Below, piece by piece: positions 18,435-30,301 of a DNA stretch of 64,000 nucleotides. This DNA comes from an uncultured Ignavibacteriaceae bacterium (GTDB lineage Bacteria > Bacteroidota > Ignavibacteria > Ignavibacteriales > Ignavibacteriaceae). Position 1 is the stretch's first letter, and each line of letters opens with the position of its first letter. The stretch spans positions 4,286 through 68,285 of the forward strand of contig CAZXCP010000005.1 in assembly GCA_964639355.1 (NCBI GenBank). Reading direction: 5' to 3'. The notes under the pieces are model-generated. The model did no database searches. It was not told the DNA's origin and saw only the letters and a list, made by a program, of their open reading frames with translations. A program made the translations under genes and the position numbers.

Positions 18435-18459
18435 AACATGAACTCAATCCTATAAAACT

Positions 18460-18942
18460 ATGGAATTTAAATTCACACCGGAAAATTTAGAGCGAATTAA
18501 TACTGAGATAAAAAAGTATCCAGTAAAGCAACCTGCAGTGATGGCTGCTCTCTATATAGGGCAGGAACAGAACGGTTTTATTTCTCAGGAAGTAATTAAA
18601 GAGGTTGCAAACATCCTTGATATGCATGCTCATGATGTAATGGGAGTTGTTAGCTTTTATACAATGTATCATCAAAAACCGATGGGAAAATACCATATTC
18701 AGGTATGTACAAATGTATCGTGCATGCTCAGGGGTGGATATGATATTTGGAATCAGGTAAAAAACAAATTGAATATCGGACATATGGAAGTTACACCCGA
18801 TCAGAAATTTTCACTCGAGGAAGTCGAATGCATGGGAAGCTGCGGAACCGCACCAATGTTTGCAATTAATGAAGACTTCTATGAAAATCTAACAAAAGAA
18901 AAAGCAGAGCAGATTATTCTCTCCCTGAAGGATGTAAACTGA
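18460..18942 (+). CDS. nuoE: NADH-quinone oxidoreductase subunit E
   Basis: 2Fe-2S cysteine pattern (CTNVSC ... CMGSCGTAP). Length is 160 aa. Confidence 0.9.
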   Translation: MEFKFTPENLERINTEIKKYPVKQPAVMAALYIGQEQNGFISQEVIKEVANILDMHAHDVMGVVSFYTMYHQKPMGKYHIQVCTNVSCMLRGGYDIWNQVKNKLNIGHMEVTPDQKFSLEEVECMGSCGTAPMFAINEDFYENLTKEKAEQIILSLKDVN

Positions 18943-20264
18943 TGGAAAAAATAGTATTACCCGATATAAAAGATCTTCACATCCTCGATGTTTTTATTAA
19001 CAATGGCGGTTTCGAAGCTGCTAAAAAAGCTTTCTCACAATCTCCTGATGATATTATTGATCAGGTTAAAAAATCGGGACTCAGAGGCAGAGGGGGTGCT
19101 GCATTTTCCGCAGGTCTGAAATGGAGTTTTATGCCTAAAACAACTTCAAAACCTAAATATCTGTGTATTAATGGTGACGAAAGCGAACCGGGCTCATTTA
19201 AAGACCGGCAGGTTTTTGAATTTAATCCTCATCAGCTGATTGAAGGAATTCTTATTACTTGCTATGCCATCGGAGCTAAAACAGCTTACATCTATATTCG
19301 GGGTGAGTATCATAAATGGATAAGACTTATGCAGAAGGCTCTTGATGATGCTTACGTTGCCGGATATATCGGCGAAAAGATGAAGGAAAAATTCGGTACT
19401 CAATTTTATTGTGATATTTATATTCACAAAGGTGCAGGGGCATATATATGCGGTGAAGAATCCTCACTGATGAATTCACTTGAAGGTAAAAGAGGTTATC
19501 CGAGAGTTAAACCTCCTTTCCCGGCACAAAATGGTCTATGGGGTTGTCCGACAACAATCAATAATGTTGAAACTATTGCTAATGTTCCTCCGATTATAAA
19601 TAAAGGCTGGGAGTGGTTTTCAAAAATTGGTGAACCAAAACATCCGGGTACTTTATTGTTTGGAATCAGCGGTCATGTAAATAATCCTGGTGTTTACGAA
19701 CTTCCAACCGGAACATTGTTAACCGATTTGATTTATAAATATGCCGGTGGTGTTCCCGGAAATAAAAAAGTTTTATGTGTAATTCCCGGTGGCTCATCGA
19801 TGCCTCCTTTGCGTGGTGATCAGATCGAAGGCGTAAAGATGGATGCTGAATCACTTAAAACTGCTGGTTCTGCAATTGGTACGGGCGGAGTAATGGTAAT
19901 GGATGAAGATACCGATCTGGTTAAAGTACTTGCAAGAATTGCTCACTTCTATCATCATGAAAGCTGCGGACAATGTACACCTTGTCGTGAAGGTACAGGC
20001 TGGCTTGAGAAGATCCTTAAAAGAATTATTGCTGGTAATGGTTCATCAAATGATCTGGATTTGCTAATCACCGTTGCAAACCAGATTGAGGGCAATACTA
20101 TTTGTGCTCTGGGAGAAGCAGCTGCCTGGCCGGTTAAATATATGGTTGAAAGATTCCGCGATTATTTTGAACAGAGGGTTAGCAAAGAGATCAGTCTGCC
20201 GATTGCAAATAAGGTTCATTCAATGAGGCATACTGCAACACCTCTGGCGGACATAAAAAATTAA
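18942..20264 (+). CDS. nuoF: NADH-quinone oxidoreductase subunit F
   Basis: GLRGRGGAAF (FMN/NADH site) and ESCGQCTPCREG (4Fe-4S). TGATG overlap with nuoE. Confidence 0.95.
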   Translation: MEKIVLPDIKDLHILDVFINNGGFEAAKKAFSQSPDDIIDQVKKSGLRGRGGAAFSAGLKWSFMPKTTSKPKYLCINGDESEPGSFKDRQVFEFNPHQLIEGILITCYAIGAKTAYIYIRGEYHKWIRLMQKALDDAYVAGYIGEKMKEKFGTQFYCDIYIHKGAGAYICGEESSLMNSLEGKRGYPRVKPPFPAQNGLWGCPTTINNVETIANVPPIINKGWEWFSKIGEPKHPGTLLFGISGHVNNPGVYELPTGTLLTDLIYKYAGGVPGNKKVLCVIPGGSSMPPLRGDQIEGVKMDAESLKTAGSAIGTGGVMVMDEDTDLVKVLARIAHFYHHESCGQCTPCREGTGWLEKILKRIIAGNGSSNDLDLLITVANQIEGNTICALGEAAAWPVKYMVERFRDYFEQRVSKEISLPIANKVHSMRHTATPLADIKN

Positions 20265-20282
20265 ATAGAAGTTACAAAAAAA

Positions 20283-20305
20283 ATCCTCTCAATTTCTGAG
20301 AGGAT
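20283..20305. terminator. Bidirectional terminator between nuoF and ferritin
   Basis: ATCCTCTCA-ATTTC-TGAGAGGAT with an A-run on the left and a T-run on the right. It lies between convergent genes. Confidence 0.7.
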
Positions 20306-20329
20306 TTTCAATTTCTAATTTAATAGAAT

Positions 20330-20824
20330 TTATCCTGCTGCTCTAGCACCAAGTTCACGATCGAGCATAAACAATCCGTTCTTATTATCACCTATCATTT
20401 CCAGCTTATTAACTATATCTTCTGCTGTGGCTACTTCCTCAACCTGTTCATTGACAAACCACTGTAAAAAATTATTCGTGGCATGGTCCTTTTCAATAAT
20501 CGCAAGGTCGACTAACTTATTTACAAGCTCTGTTATAAATTTTTCATGTTCCAGCGTTTCCTTGAAAACTTCCATATGATTTTTCCAGGATGTTTTGGGA
20601 GCATTAATCTGATTTAAGGTAACTGTACCACCAACCTGAATTATATAACTGTAAAACTTCATACCGTGAGTATACTCTTCCTGAGACTGAAGTCTCATCC
20701 AGTTTGCAAAACCCTTCAAATTTTTACTTTCAAAGTATGCAGCCATTGAAAGATACAGGTATGAAGAGAACAATTCTTCATTAAGATGCTTATTTAATGC
20801 CTTCTGCATTTTTACCGATATCAT
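20330..20824 (-). CDS. ftn: Non-heme ferritin
   Basis: Ferroxidase-centre pattern LNEELFSSYLYLSMA...QSQEEYTHGMKF. Length is 164 aa. Confidence 0.9.
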   Translation of the reverse strand: MISVKMQKALNKHLNEELFSSYLYLSMAAYFESKNLKGFANWMRLQSQEEYTHGMKFYSYIIQVGGTVTLNQINAPKTSWKNHMEVFKETLEHEKFITELVNKLVDLAIIEKDHATNNFLQWFVNEQVEEVATAEDIVNKLEMIGDNKNGLFMLDRELGARAAG

Positions 20825-20985
20825 AGAATACCTCTTTTTTTTAATTGTGATTTGAATACTCTAATATAAATTATTTAATGAAAAATTTCTCTCTCTTCCT
20901 ATAATAATTTGTTGATTTTATAATGATTTGGCACACATTTACGACTATATGAATTGATAATCAGACCCTCTTTAGCTAATTTTGA

Positions 20986-22086
<1,101 letters not shown>

Positions 22087-22112
22087 TAAAAATATGTTAG
22101 TAGATTTTATGA

Positions 22113-22147
22113 ATTGTCATTCCTGTTAAACGGGAATGACAATTTTA
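22113..22147 (+). terminator. Rho-independent terminator after gap
   Basis: 11-bp stem ATTGTCATTCC...GGAATGACAAT followed by a T-run. Confidence 0.7.
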
Positions 22148-22189
22148 TTATATAACAATCTGTAAAGTAATATTTCAGGAATTAACAAA

Positions 22190-23386
22190 ATGAATAAGCT
22201 GTCAATAGATAATGTGGAATTAAAAGGAAAAAGGGTACTAGTCAGAGTGGATTTTAATGTGCCGCTCGATGAAAATCTTAAAATAACTGATGACATAAGA
22301 ATTACTTCCTCACTTCCAACTATAAAAAAAATAATTTCAGAGGGTGGCAAAGCTATATTGATGAGTCATCTGGGAAGACCAAAGGGTGGACCTAATCCCA
22401 AATACAGTCTTAAACCTGCAGCAATCAGATTAGGTGAACTTCTTGAAATAGATGTGAAATTAGCTCCGGACTGCATTGGTTCTGATACAAGAGAAATAGT
22501 TGATAAAATGAAGGAGGGGGAAGTAGTAGTACTTGAAAATGTCCGTTTCCATTCAGAAGAAGAAAAAAATGATCCTGAATTTGCAAAACAATTATCTGAA
22601 CTTGGCGATGTGTATATCAATGATGCTTTCGGAAGTGCACATCGTGCTCATGCATCAACGGAAGGAATTACGAAATTTATTAAAACATGCGCTGCCGGTT
22701 ATCTTATGCAGAAAGAGTTAGAATACCTCGGTACTGCTGTATTCAATCCTACCAGGCCATATTGTGCAATTCTTGGCGGTGCAAAAATTTCAGGAAAAAT
22801 TGATGTAATTTCAAATTTGCTTGACAAGGTTGATACACTAATTGTCGGCGGTGGAATGGCTTTTACTTTCTTTAAGGCACAGGGTAAAGAAATCGGTAAA
22901 TCATTGCTGGAAGAAGAAAAAATTCAGCTTGCCGGAGAGGTACTTGAAAAGGCAAAGAAGAGCGGGGTTAAGCTTCTGCTTCCAGTGGATGTTGTTGTTG
23001 CAAGTGAATTTAATAACGATTCTCCATCCTCAATTGTCCCTATCGATCAGATTCCCTCCGATAAAATGGGATTGGATATTGGACCTGAAACAATTAATTT
23101 ATTCAAGCAGGAGATTGATAGTTCAAAAACAATAGTTTGGAACGGACCAATGGGAGTGTTTGAGATGGATAATTTTGCTGTTGGAACTTTTGCAATAGCA
23201 AAATCCCTGGCTGATGTAACCGGCGACGGTGCAGTTACAGTTATTGGCGGAGGAGATTCAGCAGCGGCTATTGCTAAAGCGGGACTGGCTGATAAAGTTT
23301 CTCATGTATCAACCGGCGGCGGCGCATCTCTTGAATTTCTTGAAGGTAAAAAATTGCCCGGAGTTGCAGCATTAACGGATAAATAA
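22190..23386 (+). CDS. pgk: Phosphoglycerate kinase
   Basis: [29 protein letters not shown] and GGGDSAAA motifs. Length is 398 aa. Confidence 0.95.
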   Translation: MNKLSIDNVELKGKRVLVRVDFNVPLDENLKITDDIRITSSLPTIKKIISEGGKAILMSHLGRPKGGPNPKYSLKPAAIRLGELLEIDVKLAPDCIGSDTREIVDKMKEGEVVVLENVRFHSEEEKNDPEFAKQLSELGDVYINDAFGSAHRAHASTEGITKFIKTCAAGYLMQKELEYLGTAVFNPTRPYCAILGGAKISGKIDVISNLLDKVDTLIVGGGMAFTFFKAQGKEIGKSLLEEEKIQLAGEVLEKAKKSGVKLLLPVDVVVASEFNNDSPSSIVPIDQIPSDKMGLDIGPETINLFKQEIDSSKTIVWNGPMGVFEMDNFAVGTFAIAKSLADVTGDGAVTVIGGGDSAAAIAKAGLADKVSHVSTGGGASLEFLEGKKLPGVAALTDK

Positions 23387-23472
23387 TTTCCTGCGTTGTT
23401 GACTTTGATCATCTGAATAATACTATATTTAATTAATAAGTATATTAAACTCGTTGTAAGTGAGGAATTAAT

Positions 23473-24372
23473 TTGAGCAATTATTATAGACCTGGTTTCG
23501 GCGGTTTTAGCATGTTTCCACCGGTGATTAAGAATTTATTGATCATCAATGTTGCGGTGTTTTTTGTACAAATTCTGGGAAGTGAAATAATAGTATCTGG
23601 TGATATGGCATTGAGTCAGGTTCTTATCAAGTACTTTGCTCTTATTCCAATCGGAGTATTTAGCGACACCACTTTTTATCCCTGGCAACTGATTACCTAT
23701 CAGTTCATGCATGGAGGTTTTGGACACATTTTTTTCAATATGTTCGCATTATGGATGTTTGGAATGGAAATTGAAAATATGTGGGGAGCAAAAAAATTCT
23801 TAACTTTTTATTTATTATCCGGTGTCGTTGCTGGTCTTTGTCATTTATTTATTTCCCCTTTATTAGGAGCTGCTCCTGCACCTACAATTGGAGCTTCAGG
23901 TGCTGTTTATGCAGTATTAATAGGATTTGCACTGTTCTTCCCTGAAAGATATATATTCCTTTATTTCTTAATTCCGATCAAAGCGAAATATTTAATAGGA
24001 TTTTTAATTGTATTCGAATTTCTTGCGATCAACAGTGCTCACAGCAACATTGCTCATCTCGCTCACCTTGGTGGTGCACTAACAGGATTCCTTTTTATCT
24101 GGTTTGATAAATCAAGTCATATTGATTTAAAAGCAATGATCAGACGTAACAGATTTAAGAGTTCGGCATCTTCCGGTACCAAGTATAATATTTTCAATAA
24201 AGATAATGACGTTCAGGAAGCAAAATATTTTGATATAAAAGACTCTAAGGATGATAAACTTGAGGTGACCCAGGAAGAAATTGACAGGATACTGGATAAA
24301 ATCAGTCAAAGCGGTTATCAGAATTTAACAGCACGTGAAAAAAAGATTCTATTCGAAGCAAGTAAGAAGTAA
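23473..24372 (+). CDS. Rhomboid-family intramembrane serine protease
   Basis: Multiple TM helices. GASGAVYA (GxSG catalytic Ser) and [11 protein letters not shown] (catalytic His). TTG start. The conserved N-terminal [12 protein letters not shown] block supports the long form. Confidence 0.85.
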   Translation: MSNYYRPGFGGFSMFPPVIKNLLIINVAVFFVQILGSEIIVSGDMALSQVLIKYFALIPIGVFSDTTFYPWQLITYQFMHGGFGHIFFNMFALWMFGMEIENMWGAKKFLTFYLLSGVVAGLCHLFISPLLGAAPAPTIGASGAVYAVLIGFALFFPERYIFLYFLIPIKAKYLIGFLIVFEFLAINSAHSNIAHLAHLGGALTGFLFIWFDKSSHIDLKAMIRRNRFKSSASSGTKYNIFNKDNDVQEAKYFDIKDSKDDKLEVTQEEIDRILDKISQSGYQNLTAREKKILFEASKK

Positions 24373-24734
24373 TGTTTAATTATTTAAATATAATTTTTAT
24401 TCTTTCCATTTTTTTATCATTTATTTCCTGTTCGGATAAAGTACCTGTTACTGAAAATAAATTAATACTGATCTATACTGATCTGATGTTTGCACAGGAT
24501 ACATTACTTGTTACATCTAAAAATATTGATTCACTTAAAACAATAGTTTTCAATCGGCATAATATCACAGAGGATGATTATCGATCTGCCATAGAGGCGA
24601 TTTACCGTGCACCCGAACGATGGGAACAATTTTTTGATAAGGTAATTGAATATGTTGAGAGTCTGAGAAGTAAACCCGCTAGCCATGAGAATATTTCTTT
24701 TTGGCCACTGCAATACGTAAAAGTGCAAAACTGA
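24372..24734 (+). CDS. DUF4296-like lipoprotein
   Basis: Lipobox-like ...FISCSD. The body resembles DUF4296 (..TDLMFAQ...FNRHNITEDDYRSAIEAIYRAPERWEQFFDKVIE). TAATG overlap with the rhomboid gene. Confidence 0.5.
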   Translation: MFNYLNIIFILSIFLSFISCSDKVPVTENKLILIYTDLMFAQDTLLVTSKNIDSLKTIVFNRHNITEDDYRSAIEAIYRAPERWEQFFDKVIEYVESLRSKPASHENISFWPLQYVKVQN

Positions 24735-27261
24735 TTTTGTCCTTTAACCTTGCTTTTAATTCTTTCAAGTCCACAAATCCTTTGTCAATCTCATTATTTA
24801 TAAGACTAAGAGTTTCCGGCAGAAACAAATGCTTAATTTCTGTTTGAGGTGCGTATTGAAGAATTGTTTCTATTTGCATTGATATCACAGCTTCATCCAT
24901 TCTTCTCAATGAAGCTATTTCCTTTAATGTATGTCCTTTTTTAAGCAGATTGAATGTATCAGAAATATTATCAGGAAAATTGATTGAAGCCTCAGTAGTT
25001 ATTTTAGTTTTAAAGTATTTTTGTATTTGCTCAAGTATTTCGCTGCCGATTTTATTGAACATTCGCTGATTAAACCCGTTTATAGCCAATAGCTCTATTT
25101 TATTTTTAGGTTTCTTTCTTGAAATTTCGGCAAGTATGCTATCCGGACAAATCAATTCCGGTGTTTGCAAAAATTTTTTTGAAACCATTTTTCTTACTTC
25201 TCTTAAAGCTTGAAATAGTTCCAGATTACTGTCTGAATTAATTTCTTCATTTGTTTTTTTCGAAACTTCAATCTTAATTTCATTCTTGAGCAACGAATAT
25301 ATTCTTTTCTTACCAGTCACCGGTTGAAGGTTTTTCTCATTTACAAGGCTGCTTAAAGCTGACTTAATATCTGCAACGGTGTAATTTATCAGTGATGAAA
25401 AAGTCGTTAATCCCTGTAATTCTTCTGGTCTGCTTTTCCCCCTGAGAAATACAATTAAATCTTTTTCCTCAACAGGTTTATTAAATTCTGACAAGGTTTG
25501 AAGTACTATTTCCTTAACATATTCTAAGCTGGCAACCGGAAATGATTTTTGCGCATTGCAATTATCACATTTATTACATGTATAGTTTTCAATTTGTTCA
25601 CCGAAGTATTTGAGAATTTCCTTAAAGCGACATTCAGATGAATAAACGTAATCAATCATTCTGTCAAGCTTTCTTTGACCATTGAGATAATTTTCATTGA
25701 TCCGTTTATAATTAAGTCTCAAATCTTCAGATCTGACACGAGGCTGGCTTAATCTTACCAGATCTTTGAAATCAAATAAAATAAATTCTGCAAAACCGGA
25801 ATTTTCAAGCAGTGTGAATGATTCTTTAATCTCATCAGATGTAAATGCGCTCTCTTCAGAAATATTCTTTGTCGAAAATTTAATCCTTCTGTTAAAAATG
25901 TCATTACCGTATTTTTTTAATGTGAAGATGCAGATTTCCTTTAGAAGATTATTTGTAGTTGTTTTCAAAAAGTTCTGAAGCTTCTTTGGTTCGATAATAA
26001 ATTTAATTGAGGCATCGGCTGAATATTCGGATAAAGTGGACAGATAGCCCGACTCTTCAAGATATTTAATTGATGAATGCAGCAGTCCGGGAGAAATATC
26101 CAATCCCGAATGATTTTTTATGTAATCAGGATTAATTGAAATCTCTTTGTCGTTAAGGTTACCTAATGCAATCTGAGCATAGTCACAAAGAGCATTGTAG
26201 ATTTTATGAATTATTTCTTTAGTCGGATATGAATTTGAAAGAAAATAATTATGAATATTTATATCACTATCATCGTGAAGTAAAAATGCAAATGAATCCT
26301 TACCGTCTCTGCCTGCTCTCCCGATTTCCTGGTAATAATTTTCTATCGTACCCGGAGTGTTATAATGAACAATTAATCTTATATCCTTTTTATCAATGCC
26401 CATTCCGAAGGCATTAGTTGCGGCAATAACCTGAAGTTTGTCATTTATAAAGTCATCCTGAATTCTTCTTCTTATTTCGGCAGGAAGTCCGGCATGATAA
26501 TATTCACAGTTAACTTTTTTCAAGACAAGATACTCAGAAATCTCCTCAGCTCGTTTCCTCGATGAAGTGTATACGATTGCCGGTTTCCCGAATTGTCTGA
26601 TGAGATCAACAGTCTTGTCTTTCTTCGATTTTGCGAAAACAACACTGAGATGGATGTTATTCCGTTCAAAACCTTTCACAAAAATTTTCGGCTTCTTCAA
26701 TCCTAATTGTTTGACTATATCATCAACCACTTCAGGCGTAGCGGTAGCAGTGAAAGCTGAGATTCTTTTTATCCCAATAAAGTCAATAAAATCCTTTATT
26801 TTTGTATAGCTTGGTCTGAAGTTGTGGCCCCATTCGCTGATACAATGAGCCTCATCAACAAACAGGAAAGAAGGGGACAGGTTTTTTAATCGTTCAACTA
26901 GTTGAATGTTACCTAGTTTTTCAGGGGAGAGATATAAAAGTTTTATTCTTCCATATCTTATATTTTGAACAACTGATTCTGTTTCCTGAAAACTCATTGT
27001 GCTGTTAATAAATGCAGCTATCTCCTTTTTAGCATTCAATGAATCTACCTGGTCTTTCATCAATGCAATTAACGGTGATATTACTATAGAAAAATTTTCT
27101 GAACAAATTGAAGGTATCTGGTAACATATTGATTTCCCGGCACCGGTTGGAAGTATGGCTACTACATTTTCAGCATGTAAAATGGAGTTTATTATTTCTT
27201 CCTGTCCAGGACGAAAAGATTCATATCCATATAAACTTATAAGAATTTCTATAGGTTTCAT
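24679..27261 (-). CDS. recQ: RecQ-family ATP-dependent DNA helicase (long form with HRDC and C-terminal HTH-like extension)
   Basis: Motif I PTGAGKS, DEAH box FVDEAHCISEWGHNFRP and a RQC zinc cysteines cluster (CRFKE...CNKCDNC). HRDC-like LFQALREVRKMVSKK.... Length is 860 aa. Confidence 0.88.
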   Translation of the reverse strand: MKPIEILISLYGYESFRPGQEEIINSILHAENVVAILPTGAGKSICYQIPSICSENFSIVISPLIALMKDQVDSLNAKKEIAAFINSTMSFQETESVVQNIRYGRIKLLYLSPEKLGNIQLVERLKNLSPSFLFVDEAHCISEWGHNFRPSYTKIKDFIDFIGIKRISAFTATATPEVVDDIVKQLGLKKPKIFVKGFERNNIHLSVVFAKSKKDKTVDLIRQFGKPAIVYTSSRKRAEEISEYLVLKKVNCEYYHAGLPAEIRRRIQDDFINDKLQVIAATNAFGMGIDKKDIRLIVHYNTPGTIENYYQEIGRAGRDGKDSFAFLLHDDSDINIHNYFLSNSYPTKEIIHKIYNALCDYAQIALGNLNDKEISINPDYIKNHSGLDISPGLLHSSIKYLEESGYLSTLSEYSADASIKFIIEPKKLQNFLKTTTNNLLKEICIFTLKKYGNDIFNRRIKFSTKNISEESAFTSDEIKESFTLLENSGFAEFILFDFKDLVRLSQPRVRSEDLRLNYKRINENYLNGQRKLDRMIDYVYSSECRFKEILKYFGEQIENYTCNKCDNCNAQKSFPVASLEYVKEIVLQTLSEFNKPVEEKDLIVFLRGKSRPEELQGLTTFSSLINYTVADIKSALSSLVNEKNLQPVTGKKRIYSLLKNEIKIEVSKKTNEEINSDSNLELFQALREVRKMVSKKFLQTPELICPDSILAEISRKKPKNKIELLAINGFNQRMFNKIGSEILEQIQKYFKTKITTEASINFPDNISDTFNLLKKGHTLKEIASLRRMDEAVISMQIETILQYAPQTEIKHLFLPETLSLINNEIDKGFVDLKELKARLKDKISFALLRIAVAKKKYSHG

Positions 27262-27428
27262 CAGCCATTTAATAGGTATTTATGGAAATAAAATCATCGG
27301 GTAATTTTTACATAAATGCGGAGTAAAGATAATCAAAATAACTGTTATCGATATTTTATTTCTGGCTTAATATGTGAAAGTTTTTACCCAATTTTCATTT
27401 AATATATTTTACAATTAGAGGAGTTACA

Positions 27429-30227
27429 ATGAGAACTTTGTTAGTATTAATGTTAATATCTGTTTTTTATATGAATCTGGATGCTCAAACAAAGAAACCA
27501 ATCCGTTCAATGGATGAACTTATGCCGGAAGGGGTTTTTTCTCAAGTGCCTGATGATATCAGGCATTCCAAGCCTTATTTAAGACTCAGATGGTTCTATG
27601 AACAAAGGGCATATCCCTATGACTTTATACCGGAAGATGCGTATATAAAATCACTTGTTCAAAAAGATAATTTACGAAACAGTTATAACCAGCGCGATAT
27701 ACCAAATTTTAATTGGGTTAGTTTAGGTCCAACACCGGGTACCTATCCTGGTTATGGAAACATATCAAGCAGAATAGTAACAGGTGCTTATCATCCAACC
27801 AATCCTAATATTATTTATATAGGACCGGCTAATGGTGGAGTTTGGAAAACAACCGATGCCGGTTTATCATGGTTTCCAACTACAGATTATGAAGTTTCCC
27901 TTTCGATGGGAGCAATTGCAATTGATCCGACCAATACTGAAATTGTTTATGCTGGAACTGGTGAAGCAACTTACTCAGGAGTTTCATATTATGGCAGGGG
28001 ATTACTTAAGTCAACTAATGGTGGCGGCACCTGGTCGAGTTATACTACAGGACTTCCATCTTCTACATATTTCTCAAGATTAAAGATCAGACCAAACAAT
28101 AATACACAACTATTAGCTGCTTTGGGCAACAGTGGACTTTACAGAAGTACGAATTCCGGAACAAGCTGGACACAAATACTTTCCGGGAGAGTTGATGACG
28201 TGGTTTTCTCACCTTCAGGTGATACTGCGTTTGCGGTCGGATCCGGGATAGGAATCAGACGATCCATTAACGGAGGAGCTTCATTTGCTGCCTACGGTGC
28301 AACAGGCTTAAATTCAGGTTCGAGAACTCATTTTGATTTAGCTAATTCAAATCCAGCAATTATGTGGGCAGCTGTTTATGCTTCAAGCAATGTTACTGTT
28401 TTCAAATCAACGGACTATGGACTCAACTGGTCGAGTATAGCGATGCCTTCAAATTTTGCAAGCAATGCAGGACAGGCATGGTATGATTTATACTGTTTGA
28501 TTAATCCGAAAAACCCTAATAAGGTTTACATTGGAACTATTGATATCTGGCGAACGGAAAATGGGAGTACATTCACGAATATTACAAATGGATATTCGGG
28601 AGGTAATGTACATGTTGATCAGCATTTCATGGTATTTCATCCTACACAGGAAAACACTATTCTTTCCCTCAATGATGGTGGGATCTGGCGTTCAACAAAT
28701 AATGGTACAAACTTTACAAACTTAAATCAAACTTTAACAGTTACACAGTTTTATAGGATTGCAGCAAGTCCTTTTATGCCAAGCAGAATACTTGGCGGAA
28801 CACAGGATAATGGAACACAGCGAACTGATTCAACTCTTAACTGGGCTGCTGTTTATGGTGGTGATGGCGGAGAAGTTTGCTTCAATCCGTTCAACTCGAA
28901 TTTCATTCTTGGTGAAACACAATATAACGGAATTTTCAGAACTACGAACGGCGGCACATCATGGAGTTCTGCTCAAAGTGGATTAAGCAGTAGCGAGAAT
29001 GCCGCCTGGATAGGTCCAATAATTCATCATCCGACTATTTCAGGAACATTTTATACCGCGAGGCAGCGGGTTTATAAGTCCACCAACAATGGTGGAAGCT
29101 GGACGGCCGTATCCAATAATGTTAATGGAACCAATGCTGTCAGAGAATTAGCTCAGAGTAAAACCAATCCTAACATAATGTTTGCTACCACGGGAAGTCA
29201 GATTTTCAAATCGACCGATGAAGGTGTAAACTGGACAAATATAACATCGGGACTTCCAAACCGAACTATTACATCTGTGTATGTTCATCCTGCTGATGAG
29301 AACACAGTGCTTTTAACTTTTTCCGGATTCGGAACCAGCAAAGTATATAAATCTACTAATGGAGGCACCACGTGGGTATCTATCAGCGGAGATCTGCCTG
29401 ACACACCTGTAAATGACATACTCATTTTTACAGAACATACCGGTTATCCAAACACATATTTTGTTGCAACTGATATAGGTGTATTTGTCACTGAAAACAA
29501 TGGTGTTAACTGGTTGGAAATTCCTAATGGATTGCCGAATACAGTTATTATGCATCTCGATTATTCTCCTTCTGTAAAAATGCTTCGTGCAGGAACTCAC
29601 GGAAGGGGAGTATATGAAGCTTATATTGATTTTACTATTCCTGTTGAACTTGTATCTTTTTCAGCAAAACAACTAAATAGAAAAATTCAATTAAACTGGA
29701 CAACTGCAACTGAATTAAATAACAGTGGTTTTGAAGTTCATAGAAAACTGAAAAATCAGGATTGGGAAATTCTTTCATTTATATCTGGTCACGGTTCAAC
29801 CTCAGAACCAAAAACTTATTCCTATGAAGATGATTATGAGTTTCTGCCGTATAATGGATCTGCAATTTACAGATTGAAGCAAATTGATTACGACGGATCG
29901 TATAAATTTTCAGATCAGGTTTCTGTAGAAGTTACTTTCGTTCCATCGGAGACAAATATCTCACAAAATTATCCTAATCCTTTTAATCCATTTACGACAA
30001 TTAAATACAGTATAAACCAGGAAGGTGATGTCAGAGTTTCGATTTATAATCCTGTAGGTCAGGAAATTGAGCAATTGATCTCTGAACATAAATCAGCCGG
30101 AACATATGAAGTTGTGTGGAACGCCGAAGAATATGCTTCGGGAATATATTTCTATCTTTTCGAATTTACCGGAGTCAATGGTAATATTAATTACAAAGAA
30201 ATGAAAAAGCTTGTATTGATAAAATAA
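27429..30227 (+). CDS. Asp-box/BNR (sortilin-VPS10/Ycf48-like) beta-propeller protein with T9SS sorting domain
   Basis: Signal peptide. Many S/T-x-D/N-x-G-x-(T/S)W turns (TTDAGLSW, STNGGGTW, STNSGTSW, STDYGLNW, TTNGGTSW, STNNGGSW, STDEGVNW, STNGGTTW). Pre-CTD module and CTD follow. Confidence 0.8.
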   Translation: MRTLLVLMLISVFYMNLDAQTKKPIRSMDELMPEGVFSQVPDDIRHSKPYLRLRWFYEQRAYPYDFIPEDAYIKSLVQKDNLRNSYNQRDIPNFNWVSLGPTPGTYPGYGNISSRIVTGAYHPTNPNIIYIGPANGGVWKTTDAGLSWFPTTDYEVSLSMGAIAIDPTNTEIVYAGTGEATYSGVSYYGRGLLKSTNGGGTWSSYTTGLPSSTYFSRLKIRPNNNTQLLAALGNSGLYRSTNSGTSWTQILSGRVDDVVFSPSGDTAFAVGSGIGIRRSINGGASFAAYGATGLNSGSRTHFDLANSNPAIMWAAVYASSNVTVFKSTDYGLNWSSIAMPSNFASNAGQAWYDLYCLINPKNPNKVYIGTIDIWRTENGSTFTNITNGYSGGNVHVDQHFMVFHPTQENTILSLNDGGIWRSTNNGTNFTNLNQTLTVTQFYRIAASPFMPSRILGGTQDNGTQRTDSTLNWAAVYGGDGGEVCFNPFNSNFILGETQYNGIFRTTNGGTSWSSAQSGLSSSENAAWIGPIIHHPTISGTFYTARQRVYKSTNNGGSWTAVSNNVNGTNAVRELAQSKTNPNIMFATTGSQIFKSTDEGVNWTNITSGLPNRTITSVYVHPADENTVLLTFSGFGTSKVYKSTNGGTTWVSISGDLPDTPVNDILIFTEHTGYPNTYFVATDIGVFVTENNGVNWLEIPNGLPNTVIMHLDYSPSVKMLRAGTHGRGVYEAYIDFTIPVELVSFSAKQLNRKIQLNWTTATELNNSGFEVHRKLKNQDWEILSFISGHGSTSEPKTYSYEDDYEFLPYNGSAIYRLKQIDYDGSYKFSDQVSVEVTFVPSETNISQNYPNPFNPFTTIKYSINQEGDVRVSIYNPVGQEIEQLISEHKSAGTYEVVWNAEEYASGIYFYLFEFTGVNGNINYKEMKKLVLIK

Positions 30228-30250
30228 AATTACAGATAAAGTTAAATATT

Positions 30251-30277
30251 AAAGGCGGTTCTTTTGAACCGCCTTTT
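30251..30277. terminator. Bidirectional terminator between convergent cargo genes
   Basis: AAAGGCGGTTC-TTTT-GAACCGCCTTTT. Confidence 0.75.
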
Positions 30278-30301
30278 AATAAACATAAATAACATTTGTC
30301 G

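Noticed and set aside
20900-20975. Fur-box-like fragments (ATAATGATT, TTGATAATCAG) between ferritin and gap
   Set aside because: They match only about half of the 19-bp Fur consensus in a very AT-rich region, so they are not distinguishable from background by eye.
22113-22143. gap terminator stem (ATTGTCATTCC...GGAATGACAAT) considered as a dispersed REP-like element
   Set aside because: Only one copy is present in the window and it is positioned as an ordinary intrinsic terminator.
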